A stretch of 64,000 bases of DNA from Smithellaceae bacterium (GTDB taxonomy: Bacteria > Desulfobacterota > Syntrophia > Syntrophales > Smithellaceae). The stretch spans positions 19,160 to 83,159 of the forward strand of contig JAQUVQ010000005.1 of NCBI GenBank assembly GCA_028693285.1, written 5' to 3'. Below are positions 37,697-46,991 of the stretch, one piece after another. Positions within the stretch are counted from its first letter, which is position 1; every line of letters begins with the position of its first letter. Made by a program: the position numbers and the translations under genes. The notes beneath the pieces are model-generated. The model was not told the DNA's origin. It made no database searches and saw nothing but the letters and a program-made list of their open reading frames with translations.

Positions 37697-38896
37697 ATGG
37701 CACATCAAAAGAAAAACAGAAATGTTGGAATTATCGGCATCGGTCAGACCAAACATTCCAGTCACCGCGAGGATGTCAACCAGCCTGAATTGATCCATGA
37801 AGCGGTCAGCCTGGCCCTGAAAGACGCGAACCTCACCATGAAAGACATTGACTGCGTGGTTCACGGCAATATGGAGCTTTTTGAAATGGTCCACTCGCCG
37901 GATCTCTGGCACGTGCTGGGAACCGGCGCCTACGGCAAGGACTCGATCCGGATCACTACCGGCGGGACGGTCGGGGCCACTCTGTCGTGCGCCTCGGACA
38001 ATCTGGTGGCGTCGGGAATGTACGACATCGTCATGGCCATCGGATTTGAAAAGCTTCAGGAGGGGCACACCACGGGCGGCATCACCAACATGGCCTGCCC
38101 GCTGTGGTTCAGGAAAATTCAGGCGGGAGCGCTCACCGGCTCCTCGGCCTATGACGTGGAGCGGGAATTCGGCCTGGAGCGGGCGGATCGCGCATCGCTC
38201 ATGTACCGGATCATCATGGACAAGCACGCAAGCCTCAATCCCAACGCCCACCGGGCATTCGGCCTGGACTTCAGCCAGATCGACGATCTGATCCGGACTT
38301 CGCCGAAGCTTGTCGGCGAACTGAAGCTCATCGAAATGTGCTCGCAGTCGGACGGCGCCTGCTGCGTGATCTACGCGTGCGAGAAAAAGGCGAAAGAGCT
38401 GTCCAAAATTCCGGTCTGGATCCGCGACCATATCACCGTCCACAAGGAAGAGAACTTCACGATCTTCGGCTACGACCGGAAATATCCGGTGCTGAAAACG
38501 CATAAATTCGCGGCCGAGCAGCTTTTCAAACGCAACGGCATCAATGACCCTTTGAATTATTTTGACGTGTTCGAAATGTATGATCCCGCGACCTGGTGGG
38601 CCATCGACTGGATTCGGGACTTCTTCAATCTGCAGGGGGACGAGCACCTCAGACTCATCGAGGAAAAGGAGATCATGATCGGCGGCAAGATGCCCATCAA
38701 TCCGTCCGGCGGCGTGATCGGATCCAATCCGATCGGCGCGACGGCGCTGGTCCGGGTGGCCGAGGCGGCCCTGCAGGTGCGCGGCAATGCCGGCCCGCAC
38801 CAGATTCCCACCCCGGTCAATCATGCACTCGCGTCAGGGTTTGGCGGCACCATGTGGACCGTGATGACAATGCTCGAAAAGGAACTTAACTGGTAG
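37697..38896 (+). CDS. SCPx-type thiolase-like protein, catalytically degenerate (pair 1, subunit B)
   Basis: The text IGIGQTKHS..., TTGGTVGAT...AIGFEKL and INPSGGVIGSNPIGATA shows SCPx-thiolase family spacing, but with Gly for the nucleophile Cys and Asn for His. Confidence 0.85.
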   Translation: MAHQKKNRNVGIIGIGQTKHSSHREDVNQPELIHEAVSLALKDANLTMKDIDCVVHGNMELFEMVHSPDLWHVLGTGAYGKDSIRITTGGTVGATLSCASDNLVASGMYDIVMAIGFEKLQEGHTTGGITNMACPLWFRKIQAGALTGSSAYDVEREFGLERADRASLMYRIIMDKHASLNPNAHRAFGLDFSQIDDLIRTSPKLVGELKLIEMCSQSDGACCVIYACEKKAKELSKIPVWIRDHITVHKEENFTIFGYDRKYPVLKTHKFAAEQLFKRNGINDPLNYFDVFEMYDPATWWAIDWIRDFFNLQGDEHLRLIEEKEIMIGGKMPINPSGGVIGSNPIGATALVRVAEAALQVRGNAGPHQIPTPVNHALASGFGGTMWTVMTMLEKELNW

Positions 38897-38906
38897 GAGG
38901 ACGATC

Positions 38907-40097
38907 ATGGCAGAATACTGGGGAGTAAAGGTAGAAGATATATTCAATACGATGAAAGACCGGTTCCGCCCCGAAGGCGCCAAGGATGTCGATGCGGTTT
39001 TCGGCTATGACATCGCCGGGGAAGGCAAATGGAAGCTGACGGTAAAGAACAATGCGATGACGCTCGAAAAGGCGGATCAATTATCCGGCTGCATCGCAAC
39101 CATGTCGGCCGACGGCGAGACCTTTGTCGGTGTCAACACGGGCAAAGTCGATGCGACCAACGCCTTTATGAGCGGAAAATTCAAGGTGGAAGGCGACATG
39201 GGCGCCTTCGGAAAGACCGGGAAACTTTTCCGCAAATTCGTCCTCGCCAAAAAGGAGATGACGACCAAAGAGTATCTTGCGGACATGTTCGCCACCATCG
39301 TGCCCCGCTTTAAGGCCAGGGAGGCCGAAGGGCTCGAAGCTTCCTTCGGTTTCGATCTCGGCGGACCGGACGGCGGCAAGTGGACCGTCTTTATTAAGGA
39401 TAAGGTCTGCACGGTTACGGAAACAATTGAAGGCAAGCCGACGGTTACGCTGGAATTCAACGACGCCAGGGATTACGTTGATTTCATCCTTGGAAAGATC
39501 GACGCGCAGAGCATCCTGGCCGCGGGAAAAGCGTCCGCGAAGGGCGATATCAACATGATGGCGTCGAAATGGCCGATCCTGTTTGAGAAATACAAAGATC
39601 CCATGGCCGGCGCTGTTCAGGAACAGGAACTGCTGGTGCTCAAAAAGACCATATCGTTGAACGAGAAGTTTTCAACCGGCCCCATCATGGGCAAGTTCCT
39701 CAAGGGCCTGAAAGAGAAAAAAATATTCGCGAATCGATGCCCCGAGTGCGGCCGGCTGCAGTTGCCGCCGCGGGAAGTGTGCGCGGAATGCCGCGTGCGC
39801 GCCGGTGAGTTCGTGGAGGTCGGGCCCAAGGGGGAAGTCCGATATATGGACGTGGTCTATTACGCCATGCCTGATCCCCTGACCGGCGTGGCCCGGGAAA
39901 CCCCGTATGGCTCCATCTTTATCCGACTGGATGGCTGCAAGGGCAACGAGACCCTGCCGCACTTTATCCGGAAGGATCAGATCGAAAAGATTCAGAGGGG
40001 CTGGAATGAAAAGAAAGGGACCCGCGTCCGCCCCGTCTGGGAGGAAAAACGGATCGGAGACATCTGGGACATTAAATACTTTGAGATTGATGAGTAA
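38907..40097 (+). CDS. SCP2 - SCP2 - DUF35 (Zn-ribbon/OB-fold) fusion protein
   Basis: There are two SCP2-like repeats (AVFGYDIAGEGKWKL...NAFMSGKFKVEGDMGAFGK and ASFGFDLGGPDGGKWTV...AAGKASAKGDINMMAS). They are followed by a DUF35 module with CPECG-N10-CAEC and an OB-fold tail (YGSIFIRLDG). Confidence 0.8.
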   Translation: MAEYWGVKVEDIFNTMKDRFRPEGAKDVDAVFGYDIAGEGKWKLTVKNNAMTLEKADQLSGCIATMSADGETFVGVNTGKVDATNAFMSGKFKVEGDMGAFGKTGKLFRKFVLAKKEMTTKEYLADMFATIVPRFKAREAEGLEASFGFDLGGPDGGKWTVFIKDKVCTVTETIEGKPTVTLEFNDARDYVDFILGKIDAQSILAAGKASAKGDINMMASKWPILFEKYKDPMAGAVQEQELLVLKKTISLNEKFSTGPIMGKFLKGLKEKKIFANRCPECGRLQLPPREVCAECRVRAGEFVEVGPKGEVRYMDVVYYAMPDPLTGVARETPYGSIFIRLDGCKGNETLPHFIRKDQIEKIQRGWNEKKGTRVRPVWEEKRIGDIWDIKYFEIDE

Positions 40098-40108
40098 GGA
40101 GAAGCGAT

Positions 40109-41536
40109 ATGACAACCAAAAAGACCGCAGGAGTCGAAGACAGCTATCAAATCGAAGGCAAAATGGCGCTCCCTTATTCTTACTTTGCCGGCCGGGTGGG
40201 CAGCAAATTCATTACGACCCTCCGGGATCAGAAGAAAATCATGGGAGTGAAATGCCCCGCCTGCAATACGGTCTATGTGCCGCCGCGGCAGGTCTGCGAC
40301 GTGGACTTTACCGATATTCGCGACGCGTGGGTTGAATTGGAAAGCACGGGCACGGTGAAGAATTTCACGGTCGTGCGTTATGACGACAAGCATCTGCCGA
40401 GAAAGGCGCCGTTTGTCCTGGCCCTCATTCAACTGGAGGGGGCCGGCACGCCGTTTGCGCACATTCTGGAGGAGTGCAAAATCGAAGACGTCAGGATCGG
40501 AATGAAGGTCGAGGCGGTATTCGCGAAGGAAACGACCCAAACCATTCTTGATATCGATCACTTCAAACCCGCGGCGGAAAAGGCGTCGATTCATGAGGTG
40601 AACGCGCGCAGGAAACAATGGGTTCCGACCGATGAACCCGCCGAAGCATCAACCAGAAAAGGAGGGAAGCCCGATATGTCCAAGCCCGTTATTATTACCG
40701 CGGCGCTCACCGGCGCCGCTACGATGAGAAATCAGAACCCGTCCGTACCCTACAAACCGGAGGAATTCGCGGAAGAAGCCTACAAGTGCTGGAAAGCCGG
40801 CGCCGCGATGGTGCATGTGCATGCCCGGGAAGACGGAGGAATGGCCACCCATGACCACGCGAGGATCAAGGCGACCTATGATGCCATCAAGGATAAGTGT
40901 CCGGAACTCATCGTCTGTCTGAGCTCCGCCGTCGGCATGGGCAAGACCGCCGAGCAGCGGATCTCCCAGATTGTCTATATCAAACCCGACATGGCCTCGC
41001 TCAACACCAACACCATGAACTTCGGCATCGTGGACCGCAAAACCGGCAAGATCTTCATCGACTATGTGTTTGAAAACACTTTCGGCATGCTGCAGGACTT
41101 CGGCAAAGTTATGGAAGAAAACGGCGTGAAGCCGGAAATCGAGTGCTACGACATGGGCGGTCTGGACAATACCCTCATGATCGGCAAGCAGGGCATTTTC
41201 AGCGATCCGATGAACTTCAATTTCGTCTGGGGCGTCGCCGGCGGGCAGCAGTTCAGGACCGAAGCCTTCATCGCCATGATGAACGCGCTTCCCCCGAAGG
41301 CGAACTTCACCACCTGCGGCGTCGGGATGGATCAGTATCCCTGCATCATGCAGTCCTGCATTCTCGGCGGGCACATGAGAGTCGGTCTGGAGGACAACAT
41401 CCGGATGCCCAACGGGGCGCTGGCCAAGGGGAGTTACGAGCAGGTGGAGGTGGCGGTGAACATCGCCAACTGTCTGGGACGCCCGGTGGCGACCACGGAC
41501 GAGGCTCGTCTCATTATGGGGCTCAGGAAGCGGTAA
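40109..41536 (+). CDS. DUF35 (Zn-ribbon/OB-fold) - BKACE (beta-keto acid cleavage enzyme, DUF849) fusion protein
   Basis: The N-terminal DUF35 has CPACN...VCDVD and APFVLALIQLEG. From about aa 190 the text is BKACE (PVIITAALTGAAT, AAMVHVHARED, ECYDMGG, GGHMRVGLEDN). Confidence 0.8.
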   Translation: MTTKKTAGVEDSYQIEGKMALPYSYFAGRVGSKFITTLRDQKKIMGVKCPACNTVYVPPRQVCDVDFTDIRDAWVELESTGTVKNFTVVRYDDKHLPRKAPFVLALIQLEGAGTPFAHILEECKIEDVRIGMKVEAVFAKETTQTILDIDHFKPAAEKASIHEVNARRKQWVPTDEPAEASTRKGGKPDMSKPVIITAALTGAATMRNQNPSVPYKPEEFAEEAYKCWKAGAAMVHVHAREDGGMATHDHARIKATYDAIKDKCPELIVCLSSAVGMGKTAEQRISQIVYIKPDMASLNTNTMNFGIVDRKTGKIFIDYVFENTFGMLQDFGKVMEENGVKPEIECYDMGGLDNTLMIGKQGIFSDPMNFNFVWGVAGGQQFRTEAFIAMMNALPPKANFTTCGVGMDQYPCIMQSCILGGHMRVGLEDNIRMPNGALAKGSYEQVEVAVNIANCLGRPVATTDEARLIMGLRKR

Positions 41537-41546
41537 AAAAACGGGT

Positions 41547-41587
41547 GGTTCGCCGCGGATGCCGGACAAGGGCGCCTGCGGCGAACC
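41547..41587 (+). other. Intercistronic stem-loop (10-bp perfect GC-rich stem, 21-nt loop)
   Basis: GGTTCGCCGC (41547-41556) pairs with GCGGCGAACC (41578-41587). It lies between the BKACE fusion and the ligase gene and has no U-tract. Confidence 0.5.
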
Positions 41588-41615
41588 GCTCTGGATCGAT
41601 TCGGGAGAACGCGCA

Positions 41616-43466
41616 ATGAAAATCGCAGAAAAAACCATGAACGACGTTTTTAGGAACCGCGTTCAAAAATATCAAGACCGTCTTGCCGTTGAAAAAAAGA
41701 TGAACGGCGTGTGGCACACCGCCACCTGGAACGAATACTACGAGCGGTCGCGCGCCGTCGGCATGGGGCTGTATGCCCTGGGGATTCGCAAAGGAGACAT
41801 GGTGTCCATTCTGTCCGAAAACCGGCTGGAATGGATCTACACCGACATGGGCGCGCTGGGAATCGGCGCCTGCGTGATTCCGATCTATCCGACGCTGACG
41901 GCCGAGGAGATCGAGTACATCCTCAATAATTCCGAATCAAAGGTTATTGTGACGGAAGACCGCGGCCAGCTCAAAAAAGTGCTGGCCGTCATTGAGAGGT
42001 GCCCCGGCATTGAAAAGATCGTCGTGATGGAGGAAAAGGACGCTCAGGGGCATCCCGGCGTGATGAGCTTTACGGCGCTGATGGAACTGGGAAGGAAAAA
42101 GCATGCCGAAGACCCTTCCCTTTTTGAGAAGCTCTCCCGGGAAGTGACGGTCGATGATCTGGCTACTCTCGTATATACGTCCGGTACGACCGGCTTGCCC
42201 AAGGGCGCCATGATCAGCCACGGGAACGTTTTCTGGATTGTGAAATCCCTGGACGCGGTCCAGCCTCCGTTTGCCGACGATCAGGACGTGCTGGTTGCCT
42301 TTCTTCCCCTCTCCCACGTGTTTCAGCGGATTCCCGGACATTTTTATGCCATGCACCGCGGGATCACCATCTCCTATGCCCAGTCGATCGACACGCTTCT
42401 GACGGACTTCGAAGAAAAGAGGCCGACCATGATTCTGGCCGTTCCGCGCGTGTGTGAAAAAGTGTACCAGAAGATCATTACGCAGGTGAAGGAACAGTCC
42501 CCTTTCAAGCAGAAGGTGTTTTACTGGGGGCAGTGTGTCGGCAACCGGATCAGCGAACTTCGCGAGAATCACAAGCCCATTCCGCCGGGGCTCAGACTGA
42601 AATACAAAATCGCCTATGCCGTCATCTTTAAAAAGCTCCAGCAGAAGCTGGGCGGACGGTTGAAATGGATGACGGCTGCCGGCGCGCCCACGGCGCCGGA
42701 AATTATCCGGTTCTTCAACGCCGCCGGAATTACGGTCATTCAGGGATACGGCATGACCGAAACGACGGCGCCGGCGTCCATCCAGTCCCTGTCCGATTTT
42801 CGCATCGGCACGACCGGCAAGCCGATGCCCGGCCAGGACATCAGGATCGCCGAAGACGGAGAGATTCTGATCAAGGGCGGAAATGTCATGAAGGGATACT
42901 GGAAGCTGCCGGAGGAAACCCGCGCCGTATTCACGCCGGACGGTTACCTGATGTCGGGCGACATCGGGAAGTTCGACGAGGAAGGCAATCTCCTCATCAC
43001 GGACCGCAAGAAGGATCTTCTCATCACCTCAGGAGGCAAAAACATCGCTCCGCAGATGATCGAAGGGCTGTTCAAGTCCGATCCGCTGTTTACCCAGTTT
43101 ATCGTGATCGGTGAAAGGAAAAAATACCTGACTGGATTGTGCAACATCGATCTGGAGATTGCCGCGATGATCGCCGACGATGAAAAGATCCCCTATCAGA
43201 AACCGGCGGACCTGCTGGACAACGACCGCTTCCTGGCGATTGTCAGAAACCATGTCGAGGAGCGCAACACGCATCTGGCCAAGTACGAAACCATCAAGGA
43301 TTACCGGATCATCAAAACGGATTTTTCCCAGGAGGGCGGCGAACTGACGGCGACGCTCAAACTGAAGCGCAAGGTGATTAATGAGAAGTACCAGGATCTG
43401 ATTGACGAGATGTACGGGAAGGAAGCGGTCGATGAGCTTTACGGGCAAAAGCAGTCCCGGGCGTGA
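41616..43466 (+). CDS. Long-chain acyl-CoA synthetase (AMP-forming, FadD/ACSL-like)
   Basis: The likely start is ATG 41616 (MKIAEKTMNDVF). It has the AMP-binding motif YTSGTTGLPKGA, GYGMTET, and C-terminal TDRKKDLLITSGGKNIAP. Confidence 0.9.
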   Translation: MKIAEKTMNDVFRNRVQKYQDRLAVEKKMNGVWHTATWNEYYERSRAVGMGLYALGIRKGDMVSILSENRLEWIYTDMGALGIGACVIPIYPTLTAEEIEYILNNSESKVIVTEDRGQLKKVLAVIERCPGIEKIVVMEEKDAQGHPGVMSFTALMELGRKKHAEDPSLFEKLSREVTVDDLATLVYTSGTTGLPKGAMISHGNVFWIVKSLDAVQPPFADDQDVLVAFLPLSHVFQRIPGHFYAMHRGITISYAQSIDTLLTDFEEKRPTMILAVPRVCEKVYQKIITQVKEQSPFKQKVFYWGQCVGNRISELRENHKPIPPGLRLKYKIAYAVIFKKLQQKLGGRLKWMTAAGAPTAPEIIRFFNAAGITVIQGYGMTETTAPASIQSLSDFRIGTTGKPMPGQDIRIAEDGEILIKGGNVMKGYWKLPEETRAVFTPDGYLMSGDIGKFDEEGNLLITDRKKDLLITSGGKNIAPQMIEGLFKSDPLFTQFIVIGERKKYLTGLCNIDLEIAAMIADDEKIPYQKPADLLDNDRFLAIVRNHVEERNTHLAKYETIKDYRIIKTDFSQEGGELTATLKLKRKVINEKYQDLIDEMYGKEAVDELYGQKQSRA

Positions 43467-43510
43467 GCCGGCGCGATGATTAAAAACCTTAGTCAGGAAG
43501 GTGGAGAACT

Positions 43511-44506
43511 ATGAATAAGGCAGTGGAATTGAAGCAGGGGCAGAATCAGCTTTTCTCTGATCCGAATGCGGACAAAGCGAGGGAGTTTTTCCGCAATAAA
43601 TCACGCGCCATGGTCAACAAAGTCACCACGGTGGACGAAGCGGTGAAAAGACTGGTCAAAGACGGCGACTATATCGCCATCGGCGGATTCGGCGCCAACC
43701 GCATCCCGACTGCGGTGCTTCATGAGATTGCCCGCCAGGGAAAGAAAAATCTGGCGTTTGCCGGCCACACCGCCACGCACGACATGCAGATTCTGGTCGG
43801 CGGGGAATGCATTGACCGCCTGGATATCGCCTACGTCATCGGTCTGGAGGCGCGCGGCCTTTCCCCCAACGCGCGCCGCGCGGTGGAGAGCGGGAAAATC
43901 AAGCTCACGGAATGGACGAACGCGACCCTCTCCTGGCGGATCAAAGCTGCGGCCATGGGGCTTTCCTTTCTTCCGGCGCGCAATATCATGGGAACCGATA
44001 CGTTCAAGTACAGTGCGGCCAAGGAAATTCTCTGTCCTTTCACCGGACAGAAATTTGCCGCCTTCCCGGCCCTGTATCCGGATTTCGCGGCCATCCATGT
44101 CCATGAGTGCGACGTTTACGGGAACGCGCACGTTTTCGGATCGACCGTGTCGGACCAGGATTTGGCCAAAGCGTCCAAACGCGTCGTGATCACCACGGAG
44201 CGGATCATCTCCAACGATGAGATCCGGCGGCAGCCGACGGCTACCTTCATTCCGTTCTGGTGCGTGGACGCGGTCGTGGAAGTGCCCTACGGCAGCTATC
44301 CCGGAAATATGCCCTACGAGTATTTTTCCGACGAAGAGCATATCCGGCAGTGGCTCAAAATCGAACGCGATCCCGAAGAGTTCCGGAAATTTTTCAAACG
44401 GCAGATTCTGGACACGAAAAATTTCTACGAATACCTGGAGCTCAACGGAGGCATCGCGAGAATGCTGAAGCTGCGCGCCATCGAGCATCTGACGCATAAT
44501 CGATAA
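43511..44506 (+). CDS. Class I CoA-transferase subunit A (glutaconate CoA-transferase GctA-like)
   Basis: 331 aa. The text DGDYIAIGGFGANRIP fits the family, and it is paired with a B subunit 11 nt downstream. Confidence 0.8.
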   Translation: MNKAVELKQGQNQLFSDPNADKAREFFRNKSRAMVNKVTTVDEAVKRLVKDGDYIAIGGFGANRIPTAVLHEIARQGKKNLAFAGHTATHDMQILVGGECIDRLDIAYVIGLEARGLSPNARRAVESGKIKLTEWTNATLSWRIKAAAMGLSFLPARNIMGTDTFKYSAAKEILCPFTGQKFAAFPALYPDFAAIHVHECDVYGNAHVFGSTVSDQDLAKASKRVVITTERIISNDEIRRQPTATFIPFWCVDAVVEVPYGSYPGNMPYEYFSDEEHIRQWLKIERDPEEFRKFFKRQILDTKNFYEYLELNGGIARMLKLRAIEHLTHNR

Positions 44507-44517
44507 GGAGGAGGAAT

Positions 44518-45288
44518 ATGGCGGACTTCAATGCAATGGAACTGATGATCTGCGTGGCCGCGCGGAACCTGGAGGACGGCGCGACCGTCGTCGTGGGAAC
44601 GGGCGCGCCCTGCGCCGCGGCGATGCTGTCGCAGAAAACGCACTCGCCCAATCTTACCATCATGTTTGAAGCCGGCGGCGTCGCGCCGATTCTGCCGTCC
44701 ATGCCGATCTCGGTGGGGGATTCGCGGACGTTTCACAAGGCCATTCTGGCCAGCTCCATGCCGGACATTATGGAAACCTGTCAGCGCGGCATGGTGGACT
44801 ACACCTTTCTGGGCGGCGCGCAGATCGATATGTACGGAAACATCAATTCCACCATGATCGGCACCAATCACGCGAAGCCGAAAGTGCGGTTCCCGGGATC
44901 CGGCGGCGCCAACGATCTGGCCTCCCTGTGCTGGCGGACCATGGTGATGACGCCGCAGGATTCCAAGCGCTTCACGGACAAGATCGATTTCATTACGTCC
45001 CCGGGATATCTGAGCGGCGGGAATTCGCGCTATGAGGCGGGGCTTCCCAAGGGAACCGGCCCCTACCGGATCATTACCAATATGGCGATCATGGGCTTTG
45101 ACGACACGTCCAAGCGGATGAAGGTGCTGAACATCAACCCCGGATACAACCGGACGGATATCCAGGACAACTGCGGCTTTGAACTTCTCTGGGCCGACCG
45201 GATCACGGAGACGGAGCCGCCCCGTGAAGACGAACTGCGGATTCTCCGCGAGGAAGTGGATCCGCACCGGTATATCATAGGAAGATAG
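44518..45288 (+). CDS. Class I CoA-transferase subunit B (GctB-like)
   Basis: 256 aa. Its text includes VVVGTGAPCAAAML and IMFEAGGV. The Glu in IMFEAGGV is in the context of the catalytic Glu of family I transferases. Confidence 0.8.
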   Translation: MADFNAMELMICVAARNLEDGATVVVGTGAPCAAAMLSQKTHSPNLTIMFEAGGVAPILPSMPISVGDSRTFHKAILASSMPDIMETCQRGMVDYTFLGGAQIDMYGNINSTMIGTNHAKPKVRFPGSGGANDLASLCWRTMVMTPQDSKRFTDKIDFITSPGYLSGGNSRYEAGLPKGTGPYRIITNMAIMGFDDTSKRMKVLNINPGYNRTDIQDNCGFELLWADRITETEPPREDELRILREEVDPHRYIIGR

Positions 45289-45350
45289 GCCAATTCATCT
45301 GCTCCTCCCGCGGCGCCCGCGGGGGTGGCAAAACCCTTAGGAGAAAAATC

Positions 45351-45818
45351 ATGTCCGATCAATTTCAAGGCATTGAGCCGATGGTTTACCAAAGCCAGAT
45401 CAACGTTCCCTATTCCTGGTGGGCAGGGGACACGGCGACCCGGTTTTTTGTGACGCTGCGCGATGAAAAGAAAATCACCGCGACCAAATGCGGCGACTGC
45501 GGAAAGGTATTGCTGCCTCCGCGCAAGATTTGTCCGCGCTGCTTCACCGAAAACATGGAATGGGTGAAGGTGTCCGATGAAGGGACCCTGCTCACGTTTG
45601 CGGTGGCGGGGCGGCCGTTCGCCGCCATTCCCGCGGATAAAAAGGTTCCAGTGATCTGGGGGCTGATTCAACTCGACGGCGCCGATACCGCCCTGCTGCA
45701 TTATCTGGACGGCGTCAGGCCCGAGGAAGTGAGCATCGGCATGCGCGTCCGGGCGGTGTACTCCGAGGTGCGCAAAGGCACCATCCGCGACATTTCGCAT
45801 TTCAAACCGGTTAAATAG
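45351..45818 (+). CDS. DUF35 Zn-ribbon/OB-fold protein (acyl-CoA-associated)
   Basis: 155 aa. It has CGDCG-N10-CPRC followed by an OB-fold (IWGLIQLDGADT..., IGMRVRAVY). Confidence 0.85.
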   Translation: MSDQFQGIEPMVYQSQINVPYSWWAGDTATRFFVTLRDEKKITATKCGDCGKVLLPPRKICPRCFTENMEWVKVSDEGTLLTFAVAGRPFAAIPADKKVPVIWGLIQLDGADTALLHYLDGVRPEEVSIGMRVRAVYSEVRKGTIRDISHFKPVK

Positions 45819-45834
45819 GGAAGGAGCCACAGCT

Positions 45835-46980
45835 ATGGACAGAGCAGCGATCATCGGCGTCGGAATGACGAAAATTGAAAAAAGAAAGATCAGCCAGACC
45901 TTTGCCGACATGGCGTGGGAGGCCGTGAACAAGGCCCTCACCGACGCGGGGATGACCCTCGACGACATCGACAACGTGGTGACCACCTCCAGCGACTTCT
46001 GGGACGGCCGGACGATTTCCTGCATGGCCGTGGGGGACGCCAGCGGCGCGGCCCACAAAAACATCTCCTGCGTCGAGGGCGACGGCACCTACGGCGCTTT
46101 TTACGGCATGACGAGGGCTCTTTCCGGCTCCTACCGGACCACCCTGGTGACGGGGCATACGAAAGGTTCCGAGAGCGTGTCGAGTCTCATTACCAACGCA
46201 GCCTTTGATCCCATCTACGAGCGGAGTCTGGGCATGGACATGATCACCGCCTGCGCGATGCAGGCGCGATCCTACATGCACCGCACAAAAACGACCGCCG
46301 AACAGTTGGCCCTGGTTTCCGTGAAGAACCACGGCAACGCGCTTAAAAATCCGCTGGCGCAGCTTCCCATGAAAATCACCGTCGAGGATGTTCTGAAATC
46401 TGAAATGGTCGCGGATCCGCTTCACAAGCTGGACTGCTCTCCGGTATCCGACGGATGCGCGGCGGTCATCATCGCCCACGAATCGGTGGCGGAAAAGTTC
46501 CGGCAGAAGCCGGTCTGGGTGCGCGGCGTGTCCTTCTGCGCGGACAGCTTCTTCTTTGGAGACCGGGACCTCTCCCGCGCCCGTTCGCTTGCCCAGGCGG
46601 CCAGGAAGGCCTACGCGATGGCCGGCGTCCACGACCCGAAAAAGGAAATCGATGTCGCGGAAGTCTCCGACGCTTTTACCTATCAGGAGCTTCTGTGGCT
46701 GGAGGAAATGGGGCTTGCCGACGACGCGGCGGCTGGAAAACGGCTGGAGCGGGGAGAGTTCAACCTCGACGGCCCGCTGCCGGTGAACGCCTCCGGCGGA
46801 CTGCTTTCCGGGCATCCCGTCATCGCCGCCGGCCTCTACAGCATGGCCGCGGTGGTCCGGCAGATTCGGGGAGACGCGGGCGGTTTTCAGGTGCAAAAAG
46901 CGAAAACCGGCCTGGTGCAGGGTGTCAACGGGCTGGGCGGCCAGTCCCACTGTGTGTGGATTCTGGACAAGGACAAGTAG
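45835..46980 (+). CDS. SCPx-type thiolase-like protein retaining Cys and GHP (pair 2, subunit A)
   Basis: Paralog of 36539-37684. It has NISCVEGDG at the nucleophile region and GGLLSGHPV near the C-terminus. Confidence 0.85.
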   Translation: MDRAAIIGVGMTKIEKRKISQTFADMAWEAVNKALTDAGMTLDDIDNVVTTSSDFWDGRTISCMAVGDASGAAHKNISCVEGDGTYGAFYGMTRALSGSYRTTLVTGHTKGSESVSSLITNAAFDPIYERSLGMDMITACAMQARSYMHRTKTTAEQLALVSVKNHGNALKNPLAQLPMKITVEDVLKSEMVADPLHKLDCSPVSDGCAAVIIAHESVAEKFRQKPVWVRGVSFCADSFFFGDRDLSRARSLAQAARKAYAMAGVHDPKKEIDVAEVSDAFTYQELLWLEEMGLADDAAAGKRLERGEFNLDGPLPVNASGGLLSGHPVIAAGLYSMAAVVRQIRGDAGGFQVQKAKTGLVQGVNGLGGQSHCVWILDKDK

Positions 46981-46991
46981 GAGGACAAACC

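Noticed and set aside
46455-46991. 179-codon N-terminal extension of the thiolase-like ORF 46455-48149
   Set aside because: It overlaps the preceding thiolase-like gene in another frame and is Arg/Gly-rich. GGAGG-N7-ATG at 46992 gives the family-typical start MAKRVAIVGTGQT.
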